In this document: in pieces, positions 39,076-51,024 of the stretch
Numbering within the stretch: position 1 is the stretch's first letter
Layout: the number at the start of each line of letters is the position of its first letter
From: Gammaproteobacteria bacterium
Lineage (GTDB): Bacteria; Pseudomonadota; Gammaproteobacteria; UBA6002
Direction: 5' to 3'
NCBI GenBank assembly: GCA_013697705.1
Contig: JACCWJ010000004.1
Coordinates: 107,220 to 171,219 of the forward strand
DNA length: 64,000 nucleotides
Notes under the pieces: generated by a model
The model's database searches: none
Told to the model about the DNA's origin: nothing
What the model saw: only the letters and a program-made list of their open reading frames with translations
Translations under genes and position numbers: made by a program

Positions 39076-40224
39076 CTATTGAAGATAAGTGTCGATGGTA
39101 GCTATACGTATTTCTCGCAATTTTGCAGCAAACGCTTCCCCTTTAAACCCTTGGCTGCCAATCGCTGCGTTATCGATCTTTGTTAATTCAGTGAGTAGGG
39201 CAAGTAAACGTGAAGACTTTATTTTATCTTGATCTCCCGCCAAATAATGACAGATCATTAAAAAATCATTAAAGCGATGGCGGCGGCGAAAAGCATCCGT
39301 CCTTTCGAACAAGGTTAGGATAGTTTCTGACTCCCAAATTAAACTGGTATAAAAGGGATAGTATTTAATAACGATTAATGCCAAGTCTCGAAAGTCTGTG
39401 GGAATGCGATACTGATTGATTAGCCTAAGAAAGGCGTGTTCATCCATGTCAAAGACTTCAATTGCAAATCGCAGCGTGTCCGAGGGATGCTCTTCAATGA
39501 CTTTCATTAAAATTTTTTGCTTAACGGCGAAATTTTTTATCTCGGGAAAAAGTTTTTGCTGCGCATTACAATTCTCTAAAACGTCAAAAAAACGCCACGG
39601 ATAGTTTTCCTGGAGAGAACGTGCCCATTCTTGCCATACCCTTTCAGGGACTAAAGCGTCGATTTCTCCTTCTGCTACCATTTTTTTCATCAACAATAGT
39701 GTATCGCTATTGATCTCAAAATTGCCAAAACGCGCAGCTAGTCGAGCCACTCGCAGAACACGCACAGGATCTTCCGCAAAGGCTGGGGAGATATGGCGAA
39801 AAAGCCTATTCTTCAAATCTTGTTCACCCTGGTAAGGGTCTATGAGTTCATACGTTGAAAAGTCCGGACTGAGAACGCGCATTGCTATGGCATTGATCGT
39901 TAAATCGCGTCTTTGTAAGTCTTCTTCTAGAGTCACATCTTTTTCAGCATAACACTCGAAGCCTGTGTAACCTTTTGCTACCTTGCGCTCAGTGCGTGCC
40001 AGGGCATGTTCTTCCTTGGTGTCAGGGTGTAAAAAAACGGGAAAACTTTTGCCTACGCGACGATACCCCAGCGCGAGCATCTCCTCTGGAGCGCTGTTTA
40101 CAACGACCCAATCTTTTTCTACGGTCATCCAATAATTGTTAACATCAGCAGGTGTTTTAAAATCGCCGTTTATTTTTGCAAGGAGAAAATCTCTCACAGC
40201 GCCACCGACAAGAAAAACTTCCAA
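39076..40224 (-). CDS. cca: CCA tRNA nucleotidyltransferase (no recognisable HD domain)
   Basis: VFLVGGAVRD, FPVFLHP, ALARTERK, EEDLQRRDLTINA, EDPVRVLRVAR; TTG start. Confidence 0.93.
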   Translation of the reverse strand: MEVFLVGGAVRDFLLAKINGDFKTPADVNNYWMTVEKDWVVVNSAPEEMLALGYRRVGKSFPVFLHPDTKEEHALARTERKVAKGYTGFECYAEKDVTLEEDLQRRDLTINAIAMRVLSPDFSTYELIDPYQGEQDLKNRLFRHISPAFAEDPVRVLRVARLAARFGNFEINSDTLLLMKKMVAEGEIDALVPERVWQEWARSLQENYPWRFFDVLENCNAQQKLFPEIKNFAVKQKILMKVIEEHPSDTLRFAIEVFDMDEHAFLRLINQYRIPTDFRDLALIVIKYYPFYTSLIWESETILTLFERTDAFRRRHRFNDFLMICHYLAGDQDKIKSSRLLALLTELTKIDNAAIGSQGFKGEAFAAKLREIRIATIDTYLQ

Positions 40225-40295
40225 TTATTAATCCTCTTTTCAGTTGCTCAATAAAGTTATACTATCGATTTGTTCTAAATATAGGCAAAAGCGGC

Positions 40296-41159
40296 ATGTA
40301 CCTGGAAAAATTAAAGTGCAATCTTCAACATGTGTTACCACATCACTTCTTGTCGCGTTTGATCTCCAAACTTGCTGATTGCGAAATTCCTTTTGTGAAA
40401 AATGGATTAATTAAATTATTTATCGCAAATTACAAAATTGATTTGAGCACAGTCGTGAGTTCTGAATTAAAAGATTACCCAACTTTCAATCATTTTTTTA
40501 CTCGAGCGCTGAGGCCTGATGCAAGGCCCATCGTATCAGAAACAACTGCAATAGCTAGTCCAGCAGATGGTGTGATTAGCCAAGCGGGCGTCATTGAGGA
40601 CGGGGAACTGTTTCAAGCGAAAGGAAGTTTTTTCAAACTAAGTAATTTACTGGCCGGTGATGCTGCTTTGGCTGCGAATTTTCTCGATGGACAGTTTGTG
40701 ACGATCTACCTCGCTCCGCGTGATTATCATCGTGTACACATGCCCATTGATGGAAAACTCATTAATACTATCTATGTCCCCGGAAAATTATTTTCAGTGA
40801 ATAATGCTTCTGTGGCTCACGTGCCAAATCTCTTTTGTAGAAATGAGCGCTTGATTTGCAGGTTCGAAACTTCAGTCGGAGAAGTGGTCCTTATTTTGGT
40901 GGGTGCAATGTTGGTGGCAGGAATCGAAACGGTGTGGGGGCAGCGTGAAACGCCCTGTGATTCGAAAGAAGTCGTGGTCAAACAGTACCAAGATAAAGGC
41001 ATTGTATTAAAAAAAGGCGATGAGTTAGGGCGTTTTCAGTTTGGTTCTACAGTAATTCTACTGTTCCCTCCTTCTAGTGCAAAATTGTTACCTTTCGCTG
41101 CTCAGCAACATATTAATATGGGCGCTTTACTAGGTCATGTAAGGGTTGAAGGCAAGTAG
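40296..41159 (+). CDS. psd: Phosphatidylserine decarboxylase proenzyme
   Basis: FNHFFTRAL, SPADG, YLAPRDYHRVHMP, RNER, self-cleavage site FGST. ATG 40296 chosen; the longer ORF overlaps cca. Confidence 0.94.
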   Translation: MYLEKLKCNLQHVLPHHFLSRLISKLADCEIPFVKNGLIKLFIANYKIDLSTVVSSELKDYPTFNHFFTRALRPDARPIVSETTAIASPADGVISQAGVIEDGELFQAKGSFFKLSNLLAGDAALAANFLDGQFVTIYLAPRDYHRVHMPIDGKLINTIYVPGKLFSVNNASVAHVPNLFCRNERLICRFETSVGEVVLILVGAMLVAGIETVWGQRETPCDSKEVVVKQYQDKGIVLKKGDELGRFQFGSTVILLFPPSSAKLLPFAAQQHINMGALLGHVRVEGK

Positions 41160-41161
41160 AA

Positions 41162-42574
41162 ATGGCAGTGATGAGTACAAAAATAGGCAGATCTTTAGGC
41201 ATTTTTGATATTGTCATGATAAATGTCATCGCTGTGGATAGCCTGCGAACTTTACCATTCAGCGCAGAATATGGCTTCTCCCTGGTATTTTATTACATCC
41301 TAGCATCGATCACTTTTTTTATTCCGGTGGGTTTAGTGTCAGCAGAACTTGCAACGGGTTGGCCTAACAAAGGGGGTATTTATGTTTGGGTGCGTGAAGC
41401 TTTCGGCGACTTGCCGGGATTTGTAGTCATTTGGCTGCAATGGGTTTACAACATTGTCTGGTACCCCACCATTTTATCTTTTATAGCGGCGACCTTGGCT
41501 TATCTTATTAATCCCGCATTAGCCGAAAGTAAAGTTTATATGCTTTTGGTTATTCTCGTCATATTTTGGGGGGCCACCTTTATCAATTTCTATGGTATGC
41601 GGGTGTCAAGTTTAGTGAGCACATTAGGAGCGCTCTTTGGCACGTTGTTCCCGATGTTTTTTATTATCGCACTCGGAGTAATCTGGCTATTATTAGGTAA
41701 TCCCACTCAGATATCCTTTACGACGGATCAATTTATTCCGACCTTGGTGGATCCCAGTCATCTTTCTTTCCTAACGGCTGTCCTATTTGGTTTAGTAGGA
41801 GTGGAAATGTCTGCCGTCCATGCAGATGAAGTAAAAAATCCAGGCAAAGTTTATCCTAAGGCTATTCTATATTCGACAATCATCATTTTCACTACCTTGG
41901 TTCTTTCTTCCTTAGCCATAGCATTGGTCGTTCCAAAACGTGAATTGAATGTGGTGACAGGCTTGGTACAAGCTTTCGAAATCTTTTTTTCTGCCTACAA
42001 TCTCAATTGGATGGGCCCGGTAATAACTTTCTTAATTATTGTAGGAGGTATTGGTAGTGTTGCAACCTGGATTATTGGACCCACAAAAGGTCTTTTGGTC
42101 GCAGCACAAGATGGTAGCGTCCCTCCCTTATTTGGACTCATGAATAAAAGAGGTGTTCCGGTTACCTTGTTGATTTTTCAAGGCACCATCTTCACCATTC
42201 TTTGTGCGGTATTTTTATTAATGCCGACTGTCAGCAGCAGTTATTGGGTGCTTACCGCTATGACTGCGCAACTTGCAATGTTGGTTTACATCGCATTGTT
42301 TGCGGCTGCATTATGGTTGCGATTTAAAAAGCCTGAGGTTGTGAGATCCTATCGAATTCCTATGGGTAATTTGGGAATTAGTGTGGTCTGCATTTTGGGA
42401 GTCCTCTCCTCGACATTTGCTATTGTGTTGGGATTTATCCCTCCTGCTCAATTATCGGTCGGCAATATTGTGACCTACGAAAGTATTTTAATCCTCGGTA
42501 TTTTATTATTAACCGCTCCTCCTATCATTATTTATTTGAAACGTAAGCCTAATTGGCTGCAGTTATCCACTTAG
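41162..42574 (+). CDS. APC-family amino acid permease (GadC/YjeH-like)
   Basis: SAELATGWPNKGGIYVWVREAFG, GVEMSA, about 12 hydrophobic segments. Confidence 0.88.
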   Translation: MAVMSTKIGRSLGIFDIVMINVIAVDSLRTLPFSAEYGFSLVFYYILASITFFIPVGLVSAELATGWPNKGGIYVWVREAFGDLPGFVVIWLQWVYNIVWYPTILSFIAATLAYLINPALAESKVYMLLVILVIFWGATFINFYGMRVSSLVSTLGALFGTLFPMFFIIALGVIWLLLGNPTQISFTTDQFIPTLVDPSHLSFLTAVLFGLVGVEMSAVHADEVKNPGKVYPKAILYSTIIIFTTLVLSSLAIALVVPKRELNVVTGLVQAFEIFFSAYNLNWMGPVITFLIIVGGIGSVATWIIGPTKGLLVAAQDGSVPPLFGLMNKRGVPVTLLIFQGTIFTILCAVFLLMPTVSSSYWVLTAMTAQLAMLVYIALFAAALWLRFKKPEVVRSYRIPMGNLGISVVCILGVLSSTFAIVLGFIPPAQLSVGNIVTYESILILGILLLTAPPIIIYLKRKPNWLQLST

Positions 42575-42628
42575 TGAAATTTACAAAGCGATTAGATTTC
42601 ATACCAGTACAGAATTTTTAGAGAAGTT

Positions 42629-43600
42629 TTAAGCTCGGGCAATAGGGAAAGCAATCATGTCCGAAAGGTCAGTAGTGTTTGCTGCCAAGCAGAGCAGACG
42701 ATCAAAACCCATCGCGACTCCTGCGCACTCCGGAAAGCTATGTAGTGCCTCAAGCAAACGGTCATCAATAGGAATTACGGGTAAATTACGGTGGGCTCGT
42801 AGTTCATTATCTAGATTTAATCGCTTTAATTGTTCCTTAGAATCACCCAATTCATGATAACCGTTAGCTAATTCTAGCCCTTTAAAGTAGACCTCAAATC
42901 GCTCCCCCACGTGAAAATCCGATTCACGCCTAGTCTTTGCAAGCGCCGCTTGTGAAGCGGGGTAATCATAAATAAAAATGGGCCGTGTTAACCCAAGCGT
43001 AGGCTCCACAAGATGAGTCATGATTAAATCAAGCCAAAGGTCTTTGTTTTGTTCATTACTTTGAAAGCTCAGCCCGTTGTTTGCAGCAAGTTTTTTGAGA
43101 TCAGTGATTGAACAAGTGTGAGGATTGATAGCAAAATTTGTTTGAAATAAGTTGTGATAGGATATCCTGTCAGCTTTCTCAGTACTTAATACCAGCGTGA
43201 GGAGTTGGTCCATTTCATCCATTAATTGGATATGGGTAAAGCCCACTCGATACCATTCTAAAATAGTAAATTCAGGATTATGTTTTTTGCTCACCTCGCC
43301 ATTACGAAAAGCCTTACATATTTGGTAAATGCTGCCGTAGCCTGCGGCGAGGAGACGTTTCATTGCGAATTCTGGAGAGGTCTGTAAATAAAGTTTTTTA
43401 GCCTCATTAAGACCTTCAAATTCTAATAACGTGTGGAAGCTCGCGAGATGTGGATCGGTTACAGTCGAATGACAGATGAGCGGCGTTTCTACTTCTAACA
43501 CTTCTCGTGCTTCAAAAAAACTGCGGATGTTCTTAAGAACTTTAGCGCGCAATTGAAGATGGTTAAGTGGAGCAGTTGGATGCCACTGATGCATAATCAC
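42629..43600 (-). CDS. epmA: EF-P lysine-34 beta-lysylase
   Basis: [19 protein letters not shown]...[27 protein letters not shown]; adjacent to efp. Confidence 0.94.
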   Translation of the reverse strand: MIMHQWHPTAPLNHLQLRAKVLKNIRSFFEAREVLEVETPLICHSTVTDPHLASFHTLLEFEGLNEAKKLYLQTSPEFAMKRLLAAGYGSIYQICKAFRNGEVSKKHNPEFTILEWYRVGFTHIQLMDEMDQLLTLVLSTEKADRISYHNLFQTNFAINPHTCSITDLKKLAANNGLSFQSNEQNKDLWLDLIMTHLVEPTLGLTRPIFIYDYPASQAALAKTRRESDFHVGERFEVYFKGLELANGYHELGDSKEQLKRLNLDNELRAHRNLPVIPIDDRLLEALHSFPECAGVAMGFDRLLCLAANTTDLSDMIAFPIARA

Positions 43601-44166
43601 TCTTTTACCCGAGAAACATATTCACCGGTACGCGTGTCTACTTTTAATAGATCTCCGATCTCAACAAAAAGGGGTACTCGAATTATAGCCCCGGTTTCTA
43701 GCGTGGCGGGTTTGCTGCCACCGCTTACGGTGTCCCCTTTAATGCCGGGATCGGTTTGCTTAACTTTCAAGTTTACAAAGTTGGGTGCGGCTACTGTAAG
43801 CGGATGACCATTCCACATCGTTACAATGCAATAGTCTTGTTCTTTCAGCCATTGTTTTGCGTCTCCCACGGTATCTCCTGTGGCAGCATGCTGCTCAAAG
43901 GTATCTGGCATCATGAAATGCCAAAATTCGCCATCACTGTAAAGAAACTGCATATCGGATTCAGCAACATCCGCCCCCGGCAAGGAATCGCCCGATTTAA
44001 AGGTTTTTTCGAGCACTCGTCCAGTCTTTAGATTACGGTACCTGACACGATTAAATGCCTGCCCCTTACCCGGTTTTACATATTCATTTTCAATGATTGA
44101 ACAAGGATCATTATCAATCATGAGTTTTAAGCCACTTTTAAATTCATTAGTGCTAAATGTTGCCAT
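43597..44166 (-). CDS. efp: Elongation factor P
   Basis: KPGKGQAF loop with modifiable Lys, [18 protein letters not shown]. Confidence 0.97.
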   Translation of the reverse strand: MATFSTNEFKSGLKLMIDNDPCSIIENEYVKPGKGQAFNRVRYRNLKTGRVLEKTFKSGDSLPGADVAESDMQFLYSDGEFWHFMMPDTFEQHAATGDTVGDAKQWLKEQDYCIVTMWNGHPLTVAAPNFVNLKVKQTDPGIKGDTVSGGSKPATLETGAIIRVPLFVEIGDLLKVDTRTGEYVSRVKE

Positions 44167-44264
44167 ATTTCCCTCGCCTAGAAGCAGACTATAATTAATA
44201 TAAAATGCAAAATACCATAAGATATAAATTGAATAAATTACATTTTACGCCAGAGGCTTACTGT

Positions 44265-44630
44265 ATGACTTCAAAAAAACTGACTCCTGAAGAATATCGC
44301 GTCTGTAGAACCAAGGGTACAGAGGCTCCTTTTAGTGGTGAGTATTGGAATAATAAAAAGCCAGGCATTTACACCTGTACCTGTTGTGGTAATGAATTAT
44401 TTTCTTCTGAAGATAAATTTGATTCTGGAACAGGCTGGCCTAGCTTTTCTCAGCCCACCACCTCATCAGCATTAACTGAGCATGAGGACGCTTCCCATGG
44501 CATGCGGCGAGTGGAAGTGGTGTGTAAAAAATGTGATGCTCATTTAGGTCATGTATTCACCGATGGCCCACCTGAAACAGGACTGAGGTACTGTATTAAT
44601 TCAGTTGCTTTGAAATTTAAGGACGATTAA
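44265..44630 (+). CDS. msrB: Peptide-methionine (R)-S-oxide reductase
   Basis: [31 protein letters not shown], two CxxC motifs. ATG 44265 preferred. Confidence 0.95.
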   Translation: MTSKKLTPEEYRVCRTKGTEAPFSGEYWNNKKPGIYTCTCCGNELFSSEDKFDSGTGWPSFSQPTTSSALTEHEDASHGMRRVEVVCKKCDAHLGHVFTDGPPETGLRYCINSVALKFKDD

Positions 44631-45117
44631 TTTGCTCAAGCTGTTGTTGTGCATAACGTCGAAATACCAGGGGATCAGGGATATTCGGAAAAGGATCTTT
44701 GCTGCCACCCGTACCGCTGACAATGATTGAACCATAATCAAAAATTCGTCCGAGAACGCTTTGATAAACTTGGATACTTTCTACGCGCTGCAATAAAATC
44801 TCTAATGAAGTTCGGCTAATGAAGCCTACCTTCATTAAAATTCGTCGATTGGTGATGCCGTATTCTGAGCTTAGATAAGTAATATACGCTACCAACCCTG
44901 AAAAAAGTGCGACCAGTAATACTGCAATTCCAAGGAAATCCGTTAAGGTATAATTATTATAAACAGTCGTATTGGCAATAGGATATCGTGGAGCTAGAAA
45001 GAGAATAAGTATGGCTAAAAAAAGCCAACCTAAGGGGGGCGTAAAGATAATCCAATGGGGCTTGGTTCGATAAAGAACCTCCTCATCATTCACGAGAGTT
45101 TCATCAATGTAACTCAT
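44617..45117 (-). CDS. Membrane protein with bacterial PH domain (bPH_2-like)
   Basis: Two TM segments followed by [35 protein letters not shown]. Confidence 0.8.
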   Translation of the reverse strand: MSYIDETLVNDEEVLYRTKPHWIIFTPPLGWLFLAILILFLAPRYPIANTTVYNNYTLTDFLGIAVLLVALFSGLVAYITYLSSEYGITNRRILMKVGFISRTSLEILLQRVESIQVYQSVLGRIFDYGSIIVSGTGGSKDPFPNIPDPLVFRRYAQQQLEQINRP

Positions 45118-45132
45118 CTTATACTCCCTGAG

Positions 45133-47367
45133 TTATTCCTTTACCGATAAACCATCAATCTTTCTAACGCCCCGAGGTAGTACATGACCGCGACGTCCTC
45201 TTTCCCCTTGATAATTCACTAAATCTTTCACCTTGATCTCTAAATCTTTTTTTCCGGAATGTATTATTAATGAGCTGCGTGGACTTAAAATCTGTATGTC
45301 GATGATAAATTCTTCACGGCTGATAAGTTTAGCGTTAGGAATGCTCATTATTTTATTACCCTTGCCGCGAGGTAACTGCGGTAAAGCTTGTAAGGGGAAG
45401 ACAAGTAAGTGTCCTTCGGAAGAAGCAACGGCTAATAAATCCTCATCAATATTTTTTACCAGGCGAGGCATTAGACTTTTAGCCCCTTTAGGTACTGTAA
45501 GTGCGGCCTTACCAGCACGGTTTTTGCAAAAAAGATTTTGTACTTCCGTGATATATCCATAGCCTGCATCTGAAGCCAGCAGAATTAGTTGAGTAGGCTC
45601 CGCCAATATTATCCCTGTAAATACCGCATTGGGGGGCGGATTTAATCGACTGGTGAGGGGCTCGCCTTGCCCGCGGGCTGAAGGCAAACTATGCGCAGCT
45701 AAGGAATAACTTCTCCCAGTGGAATCTAGAAAAACAACTTGTTGATTGCTTCGGCCGCGTGCCGCCATTAAAAAATGGTCACCGGCTTTGTAGCTAAGAT
45801 TCTCCACATCAATTTCATGTCCCTTGGCCGCTCTTACCCATCCTTTTTGTGAAAGAATTGCAGTGATGGGTTCCGCAGGAATGATTTCTTCTTCTTTTAA
45901 GGCGTGAGCTTCTTCTCGTTCTACTAATATGGAGCGGCGTTCGTCCCCGTATTTTTCCATGTCTTCTTTTAATTCTTTACGAATGAGCGCTTTTAAACGT
46001 TTTGAAGAAGCGAGCGTTGCTTCGATATCCGCTTTTTCCTTGCTGAGTTCTTCTTGTTCGCCTCTGATTTTAAATTCTTCCAGCTTGGCTAAGTGTCTCA
46101 ACTTTAACTCTAAGATAGCTTCGGTTTGAGTCTCAGACAATTCGAAGCGCTTCATGAGTACGGGCTTGGGATGATCCTCGTGCCGAATAATGGCAATGAC
46201 TTCATCAATATTCAAATAAGCAATGAGTAAACCGTCTAAAATATGCAAACGATTCAGGACTTTATCGAGGCGGTATTCAAGACGTCGTCTGACGGTGTTG
46301 GTTCGGTAGACCAGCCATTCATTTAGGATAGTCAATAATCCCTTAACCTGGGGCTTATCATTAATCCCAATCATATTCAAATTAACACGATAGCTACGTT
46401 CCAAGTCCGTAGTGGCAAATAAATGGGCCATTAAGGATTCCACATCCACACGATTTGACCGTGGCGTAATAACTAACCTAGTTGGATTTTCATGATCGGA
46501 TTCATCGCGAAGATCTGCGATCATTGGTAATTTTTTAGCCTGCATCTGCGCTGCAATTTGCTCTAAAATTTTCGAGCCTGATGTTTGATGAGGGAGTGCA
46601 GTAACAATAATATCCCCTTCTTCTTCAAGATAGACTCCACGCATACGAAGGCTACCATTTCCTTTGCGATATATTTCAAGAATATCTGCTCGAGGGGTAA
46701 TGATTTCTGCTTCAGTAGGAAAATCGGGTGCTTGAACATATTGACAGATGTCTTCTAGAGTAGCGTCGGGATGGTCTAATAAATGTATGCAGGCGTTCCC
46801 GAGCTCTTGTAAATTATGAGGAGGAATATCAGTGGCCATACCCACTGCAATACCCGTTGCACCATTCAATAGCACATTCGGTACACGCGAAGGAAGAATC
46901 GAAGGTTCTTCTAAGGTACCATCAAAATTAGGCACCCAATCAACAGTGCCTAGCTCTACCTCTGATAGTAAGGCATCGGCATACTTTGAAAGTCGCGATT
47001 CTGTGTAGCGCATTGCTGCAAAAGATTTCGGATCATCGGGCGATCCCCAATTACCTTGACCATCAATAAGGGGGTAGCGATAAGAAAAAGGTTGCGCCAT
47101 TAGGACCATTGCTTCATAGCAGGCGGCATCCCCATGGGGATGGAATTTACCTAAAACGTCACCCACCGTGCGTGCTGACTTTTTATATTTTGCACCGGCC
47201 TTGAGGCCAAGATCAGACATTGCATAAACAATTCTGCGTTGTACTGGCTTCAAGCCATCACCGATGTGCGGTAAGGCTCTATCCAAAATTACATACATAG
47301 AATATTCAAGATAAGCTTTTTCTGTGAATTGTTTTAAAGGCTGATTTTCAAACTCCGCAATGCTCAT
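45133..47367 (-). CDS. parC: DNA topoisomerase IV subunit A
   Basis: [35 protein letters not shown] repeats. Confidence 0.97.
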   Translation of the reverse strand: MSIAEFENQPLKQFTEKAYLEYSMYVILDRALPHIGDGLKPVQRRIVYAMSDLGLKAGAKYKKSARTVGDVLGKFHPHGDAACYEAMVLMAQPFSYRYPLIDGQGNWGSPDDPKSFAAMRYTESRLSKYADALLSEVELGTVDWVPNFDGTLEEPSILPSRVPNVLLNGATGIAVGMATDIPPHNLQELGNACIHLLDHPDATLEDICQYVQAPDFPTEAEIITPRADILEIYRKGNGSLRMRGVYLEEEGDIIVTALPHQTSGSKILEQIAAQMQAKKLPMIADLRDESDHENPTRLVITPRSNRVDVESLMAHLFATTDLERSYRVNLNMIGINDKPQVKGLLTILNEWLVYRTNTVRRRLEYRLDKVLNRLHILDGLLIAYLNIDEVIAIIRHEDHPKPVLMKRFELSETQTEAILELKLRHLAKLEEFKIRGEQEELSKEKADIEATLASSKRLKALIRKELKEDMEKYGDERRSILVEREEAHALKEEEIIPAEPITAILSQKGWVRAAKGHEIDVENLSYKAGDHFLMAARGRSNQQVVFLDSTGRSYSLAAHSLPSARGQGEPLTSRLNPPPNAVFTGIILAEPTQLILLASDAGYGYITEVQNLFCKNRAGKAALTVPKGAKSLMPRLVKNIDEDLLAVASSEGHLLVFPLQALPQLPRGKGNKIMSIPNAKLISREEFIIDIQILSPRSSLIIHSGKKDLEIKVKDLVNYQGERGRRGHVLPRGVRKIDGLSVKE

Positions 47368-47474
47368 AGGTTCTCAGTTTATTAGGTATAATGCTGAAGG
47401 AGTATAAGTTATTCTGAACATTGCTGTCACGCGATTATAGACTCATAATAATGTATTCAAACCAAGGATCTCCT

Positions 47475-48113
47475 ATGCCAATTCAATATTCTTTTTTTGA
47501 TCGACTATTAATTGCAGTGGACAATGGGGTGCGTTCTTTATTCGCTCAGCCGATATCTAGAAGACCGAATCCCGCGATGATTGAGCAGGAACCAATGCTG
47601 ACTCCCACTGAACGCAAACAAAGCGCGGCACTCATGCGGGTAAATCATGCCGGAGAGGTTTGTGCGCAGGCTTTATACTATGGCCAAGCAATAACCGCTA
47701 AATCTATTCAAACCAAAAATGCTCTTTTACAGGCTGCAGAGGAGGAGACCGATCATTTAGCGTGGTGTCAAGAACGTATTGAACAGCTAGGGAATCACAC
47801 GAGTTACTTAAATCCGTTGTGGTATGTGGGGTCATTTACCATTGGCCTATTGGCCGGTATCGTTAATGATAAGTTTAGTTTAGGGTTTGTCGTTGAAACG
47901 GAGAGGCAGGTGGAAAAACATTTGCAAAATCACCTGACACAAATTGCACCTCATGATAATAAAAGTCGACTTATTTTGGAGCAGATGTGTGAAGATGAAA
48001 CTCATCATGCGACCGTCGCAATGAGTGCAGGCGCAATTGAGTTACCTATTTTTGTAAAAAAAATCATGGCTGCAATATCAAAGGTCATGACAACCACTAC
48101 CTATTATGTTTAA
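47475..48113 (+). CDS. coq7: 2-polyprenyl-3-methyl-6-methoxy-1,4-benzoquinone monooxygenase (Coq7 di-iron)
   Basis: MRVNHAGEVCAQALY, EETDHLAWC, ETERQVEKHL, DETHH. ATG 47475 preferred. Confidence 0.93.
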   Translation: MPIQYSFFDRLLIAVDNGVRSLFAQPISRRPNPAMIEQEPMLTPTERKQSAALMRVNHAGEVCAQALYYGQAITAKSIQTKNALLQAAEEETDHLAWCQERIEQLGNHTSYLNPLWYVGSFTIGLLAGIVNDKFSLGFVVETERQVEKHLQNHLTQIAPHDNKSRLILEQMCEDETHHATVAMSAGAIELPIFVKKIMAAISKVMTTTTYYV

Positions 48114-48116
48114 GAA

Positions 48117-48878
48117 ATGATCAAACTTTCTCACCTAGCAAAAACCTTTAATGGGAAAGACTACATCGTTGAAGATCTTTCACTTGAAGTTGCCAAAGGA
48201 GAGCTATTAGTTTTGCTCGGATCTTCAGGTTCGGGAAAAACAACTACTTTGAAAATGATTAATCGATTAGTCGAGCCTAGTTCGGGTCAGATAATGATTG
48301 ATAATGAGGACATTAGTTTATTAGACCCGGTGGCATTAAGACGATCCATAGGTTATGTCTTTCAAGGCGTGGGATTATTTCCTCATTTAACCGTAGAAGA
48401 AAATATAACTATCATTCTAAAACTCAATGGCATGGAAGAAGGGGAAAGAAAGAAACTATCAGATTATTTTTTGGATTGTGTGAATTTAGAACCGAGTGTG
48501 TATGCCTCACGTTATCCCGATGAATTATCGGGAGGACAACAACAACGAGTCGGAGTTGCACGAGCATTAGTGACTAATCCGCATCTATTGCTTATGGATG
48601 AACCCTTTGGTGCGGTTGATGCAATTAACCGTAACACCTTGCAGACAGAGCTTCTGAAACTCAAGGGAAAACTCAATAAAACAATTGTTTTTGTGACCCA
48701 TGATATATTTGAAGCTGTTCGACTCGGTGATCGCATTGCCATTATGAACCAAGGTCGTTTGGAGCAAATAGGCACTAAACAAGAAATCATCCATTCCCCC
48801 TCTACCTCATTTGTAAACCAGTTGTTTGATAAAACCTCACGCCAATTAAAAGCATACATGGAACTGTTAGATGAATGA
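48117..48878 (+). CDS. Osmoprotectant (glycine betaine/choline) ABC transporter ATP-binding protein
   Basis: [45 protein letters not shown]. Confidence 0.9.
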   Translation: MIKLSHLAKTFNGKDYIVEDLSLEVAKGELLVLLGSSGSGKTTTLKMINRLVEPSSGQIMIDNEDISLLDPVALRRSIGYVFQGVGLFPHLTVEENITIILKLNGMEEGERKKLSDYFLDCVNLEPSVYASRYPDELSGGQQQRVGVARALVTNPHLLLMDEPFGAVDAINRNTLQTELLKLKGKLNKTIVFVTHDIFEAVRLGDRIAIMNQGRLEQIGTKQEIIHSPSTSFVNQLFDKTSRQLKAYMELLDE

Positions 48879-50415
48879 TGGGGTGATATTTCTTTACAAT
48901 AAATTCCCTCTATTAATGCAAAAGCTTTTAGAGCAAGTGTATTTAACAATGGGCTCTGTGGCGATCGCAATGCTAATTAGCATTCCTCTTGGAATTTATA
49001 TTGCACGAAAAAATAAATTAAAAAAATATATTTTATCGTTTACCAATATTTTGCAAACACTCCCTAGCCTTGCTGTAATGGGGTTTTTACTGCCCTTTTT
49101 AGGAGTGGGGATTAAGACTGCCATTCTAGCCCTGGTCATCTATGCAATACTTCCCATTCTTCAAAATACTGTCACCGCTTTTCTAGGGGTGGCCCCAGAT
49201 TTATTAGAAGCGGCTGATGGACTTGGTTTTACTAAATCACAGAAATTATGGCGCGTTGAATTCCCTCTTGCCTTGCCTGTCATCATTGCTGGAGTGCGTA
49301 CTGCAACAGCAATGAGCGTGGGTATAGCAACGCTCGCCGCCTTTATTGGCGCAGGAGGGCTGGGTGATTTCATTTATGAGGGGCTTTCCCTTAATAGCAC
49401 TCGGTTAATTTTATTAGGTGCGATTCCTGCAGCACTGCTCGCATTAGTATTGGATTACATCATTGGATTGTTCGAAAAAAAAATTACCGCAAAGAAACAT
49501 CCTGTTAAAAAAAGAAAATGGGCTCTCTATTATCTAACAATTATTTTTTTCTTTTTTATTTTAGCTATCGGCATAGGATTGTTTTTTACCGGCAGTTCAA
49601 AAACAAATACAGTGCGTGTGGGTACAAAAAATTTCACCGAGCAAATAATTTTGGGAGAGATCATTACTCAATTGTTGCGTGCGGACACTGCATTACATGT
49701 GGTTAAAAAATTTAATTTAGGCGGTACCTTTATTTGCCAACGCGCAATTATTCGTGGCGATATTGATTTATACCCCGAATATACCGGCACAGGGTACACA
49801 GTGATTCTTTCACAAACCCAGCCAAGGAGTTCGGCTGAAATATATAACTATGTGCGTCAAACTTACTTCGATAAATTCAATCTCATTTGGCTAAACGTTT
49901 TTGGTTTTAATAACACCAATGCAGTTGTGGTGTCGCGTCAGGTTGCAACAAAATATTCATTGCGAAAAATTAGCGATTTAAACGCTATTGCGCATCGTCT
50001 TGTGATAGGTGTACCCGCCGATTTTATGGAACGACCCGATGGGTTTGTCGGCTTAAAGAATAAATATCATTTAGAGTTTGGACGTGTGCGATTAATGGAT
50101 CCGGGATTGATGTATAAAGCAATTCAATTAGGTCAGCTCGATGTGATTATGGGTTTTTCTACCGACGCAAGAATACTTGCTTATAATTTGGTGGTTTTAG
50201 AAGATGATCAACATTTGTTCACCGCTTATTTTGCGGCTCCAATTATCCGTGACGACATACTTAAGCGGCATCCAAATATAAAAGTGGTCTTGGATAAGTT
50301 GGCGGGAAAAATAAATAATAACACAATGCAAAATTTAAACTATCAAGTCGATGTGCTGCAGAAAACCCCTGAAGAAGTAGCCAGTAAATTTTTAAAGACC
50401 CTTAAAGAGTCTTGA
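48871..50415 (+). CDS. Fused osmoprotectant ABC permease plus substrate-binding protein (OpuBD/OsmF-like)
   Basis: [15 protein letters not shown] permease motifs, then [31 protein letters not shown]. Confidence 0.9.
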   Translation: MNDGVIFLYNKFPLLMQKLLEQVYLTMGSVAIAMLISIPLGIYIARKNKLKKYILSFTNILQTLPSLAVMGFLLPFLGVGIKTAILALVIYAILPILQNTVTAFLGVAPDLLEAADGLGFTKSQKLWRVEFPLALPVIIAGVRTATAMSVGIATLAAFIGAGGLGDFIYEGLSLNSTRLILLGAIPAALLALVLDYIIGLFEKKITAKKHPVKKRKWALYYLTIIFFFFILAIGIGLFFTGSSKTNTVRVGTKNFTEQIILGEIITQLLRADTALHVVKKFNLGGTFICQRAIIRGDIDLYPEYTGTGYTVILSQTQPRSSAEIYNYVRQTYFDKFNLIWLNVFGFNNTNAVVVSRQVATKYSLRKISDLNAIAHRLVIGVPADFMERPDGFVGLKNKYHLEFGRVRLMDPGLMYKAIQLGQLDVIMGFSTDARILAYNLVVLEDDQHLFTAYFAAPIIRDDILKRHPNIKVVLDKLAGKINNNTMQNLNYQVDVLQKTPEEVASKFLKTLKES

Positions 50416-51010
50416 GATCCTGCCTGTCCCGCTCGGTAGTCAAAAAATTTTGTAACAGTTCCTTCCCATGCTCGGTCAAAATGGATTCCGGGTGAAATTG
50501 CACTCCTTCTATTAAAAAATGGGCGTGCTTAAGTCCCATAATTTCATCTAGGTCACCCCGCTCATTTTGTGTCCATGCGGTAATTGCAAAACAAGAAGGC
50601 AGCGAATTTTTATCTACTACCAATGAATGATAACGTGTGGCATTAAATGGATTAGGAAGATTGCGAAAAATGCCCTCCCCGCAATGATAAATTTTGGAAA
50701 TCTTACCATGCATCACTTTGTGTGAACGAGTCACTTGTCCTCCAAAAGCTTGACCAATGCTTTGATGACCCAGGCATACCCCTAGTAAGGGAATGGCGCC
50801 GGCAAATGATTTAATAACTTCTAAAGAGATGCCCGCCTGATCAGGAGATCCTGGGCCCGGTGAAATGACAATCGCGCGTGGTTGTAATGCAGTGATTTGT
50901 GAAATTGATATCGCATCATTTTTAACAACTAACACCTCAAAGTGGAGTTCTCGAAAATAATGAACAAGGTTATAGGTAAACGAATCATAGTTATCAATCA
51001 TTAATAACAT
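50402..51010 (-). CDS. Glutamine amidotransferase component II (PabA/TrpG)
   Basis: [35 protein letters not shown]. Confidence 0.93.
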   Translation of the reverse strand: MLLMIDNYDSFTYNLVHYFRELHFEVLVVKNDAISISQITALQPRAIVISPGPGSPDQAGISLEVIKSFAGAIPLLGVCLGHQSIGQAFGGQVTRSHKVMHGKISKIYHCGEGIFRNLPNPFNATRYHSLVVDKNSLPSCFAITAWTQNERGDLDEIMGLKHAHFLIEGVQFHPESILTEHGKELLQNFLTTERDRQDLKTL

Positions 51011-51024
51011 GGTTCTGTCCGCGA

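Noticed and set aside
40130-40150. Resemblance of the cca insertion (GCTGATGTTAACAATT) to the right end of repeat copy B
   Set aside because: Short gapped AT-rich match; cannot be distinguished from chance.
42562-42571. DnaA-box-like TTATCCAC and a search for oriC or dif
   Set aside because: An isolated imperfect box inside a gene; no cluster or dif consensus was seen.
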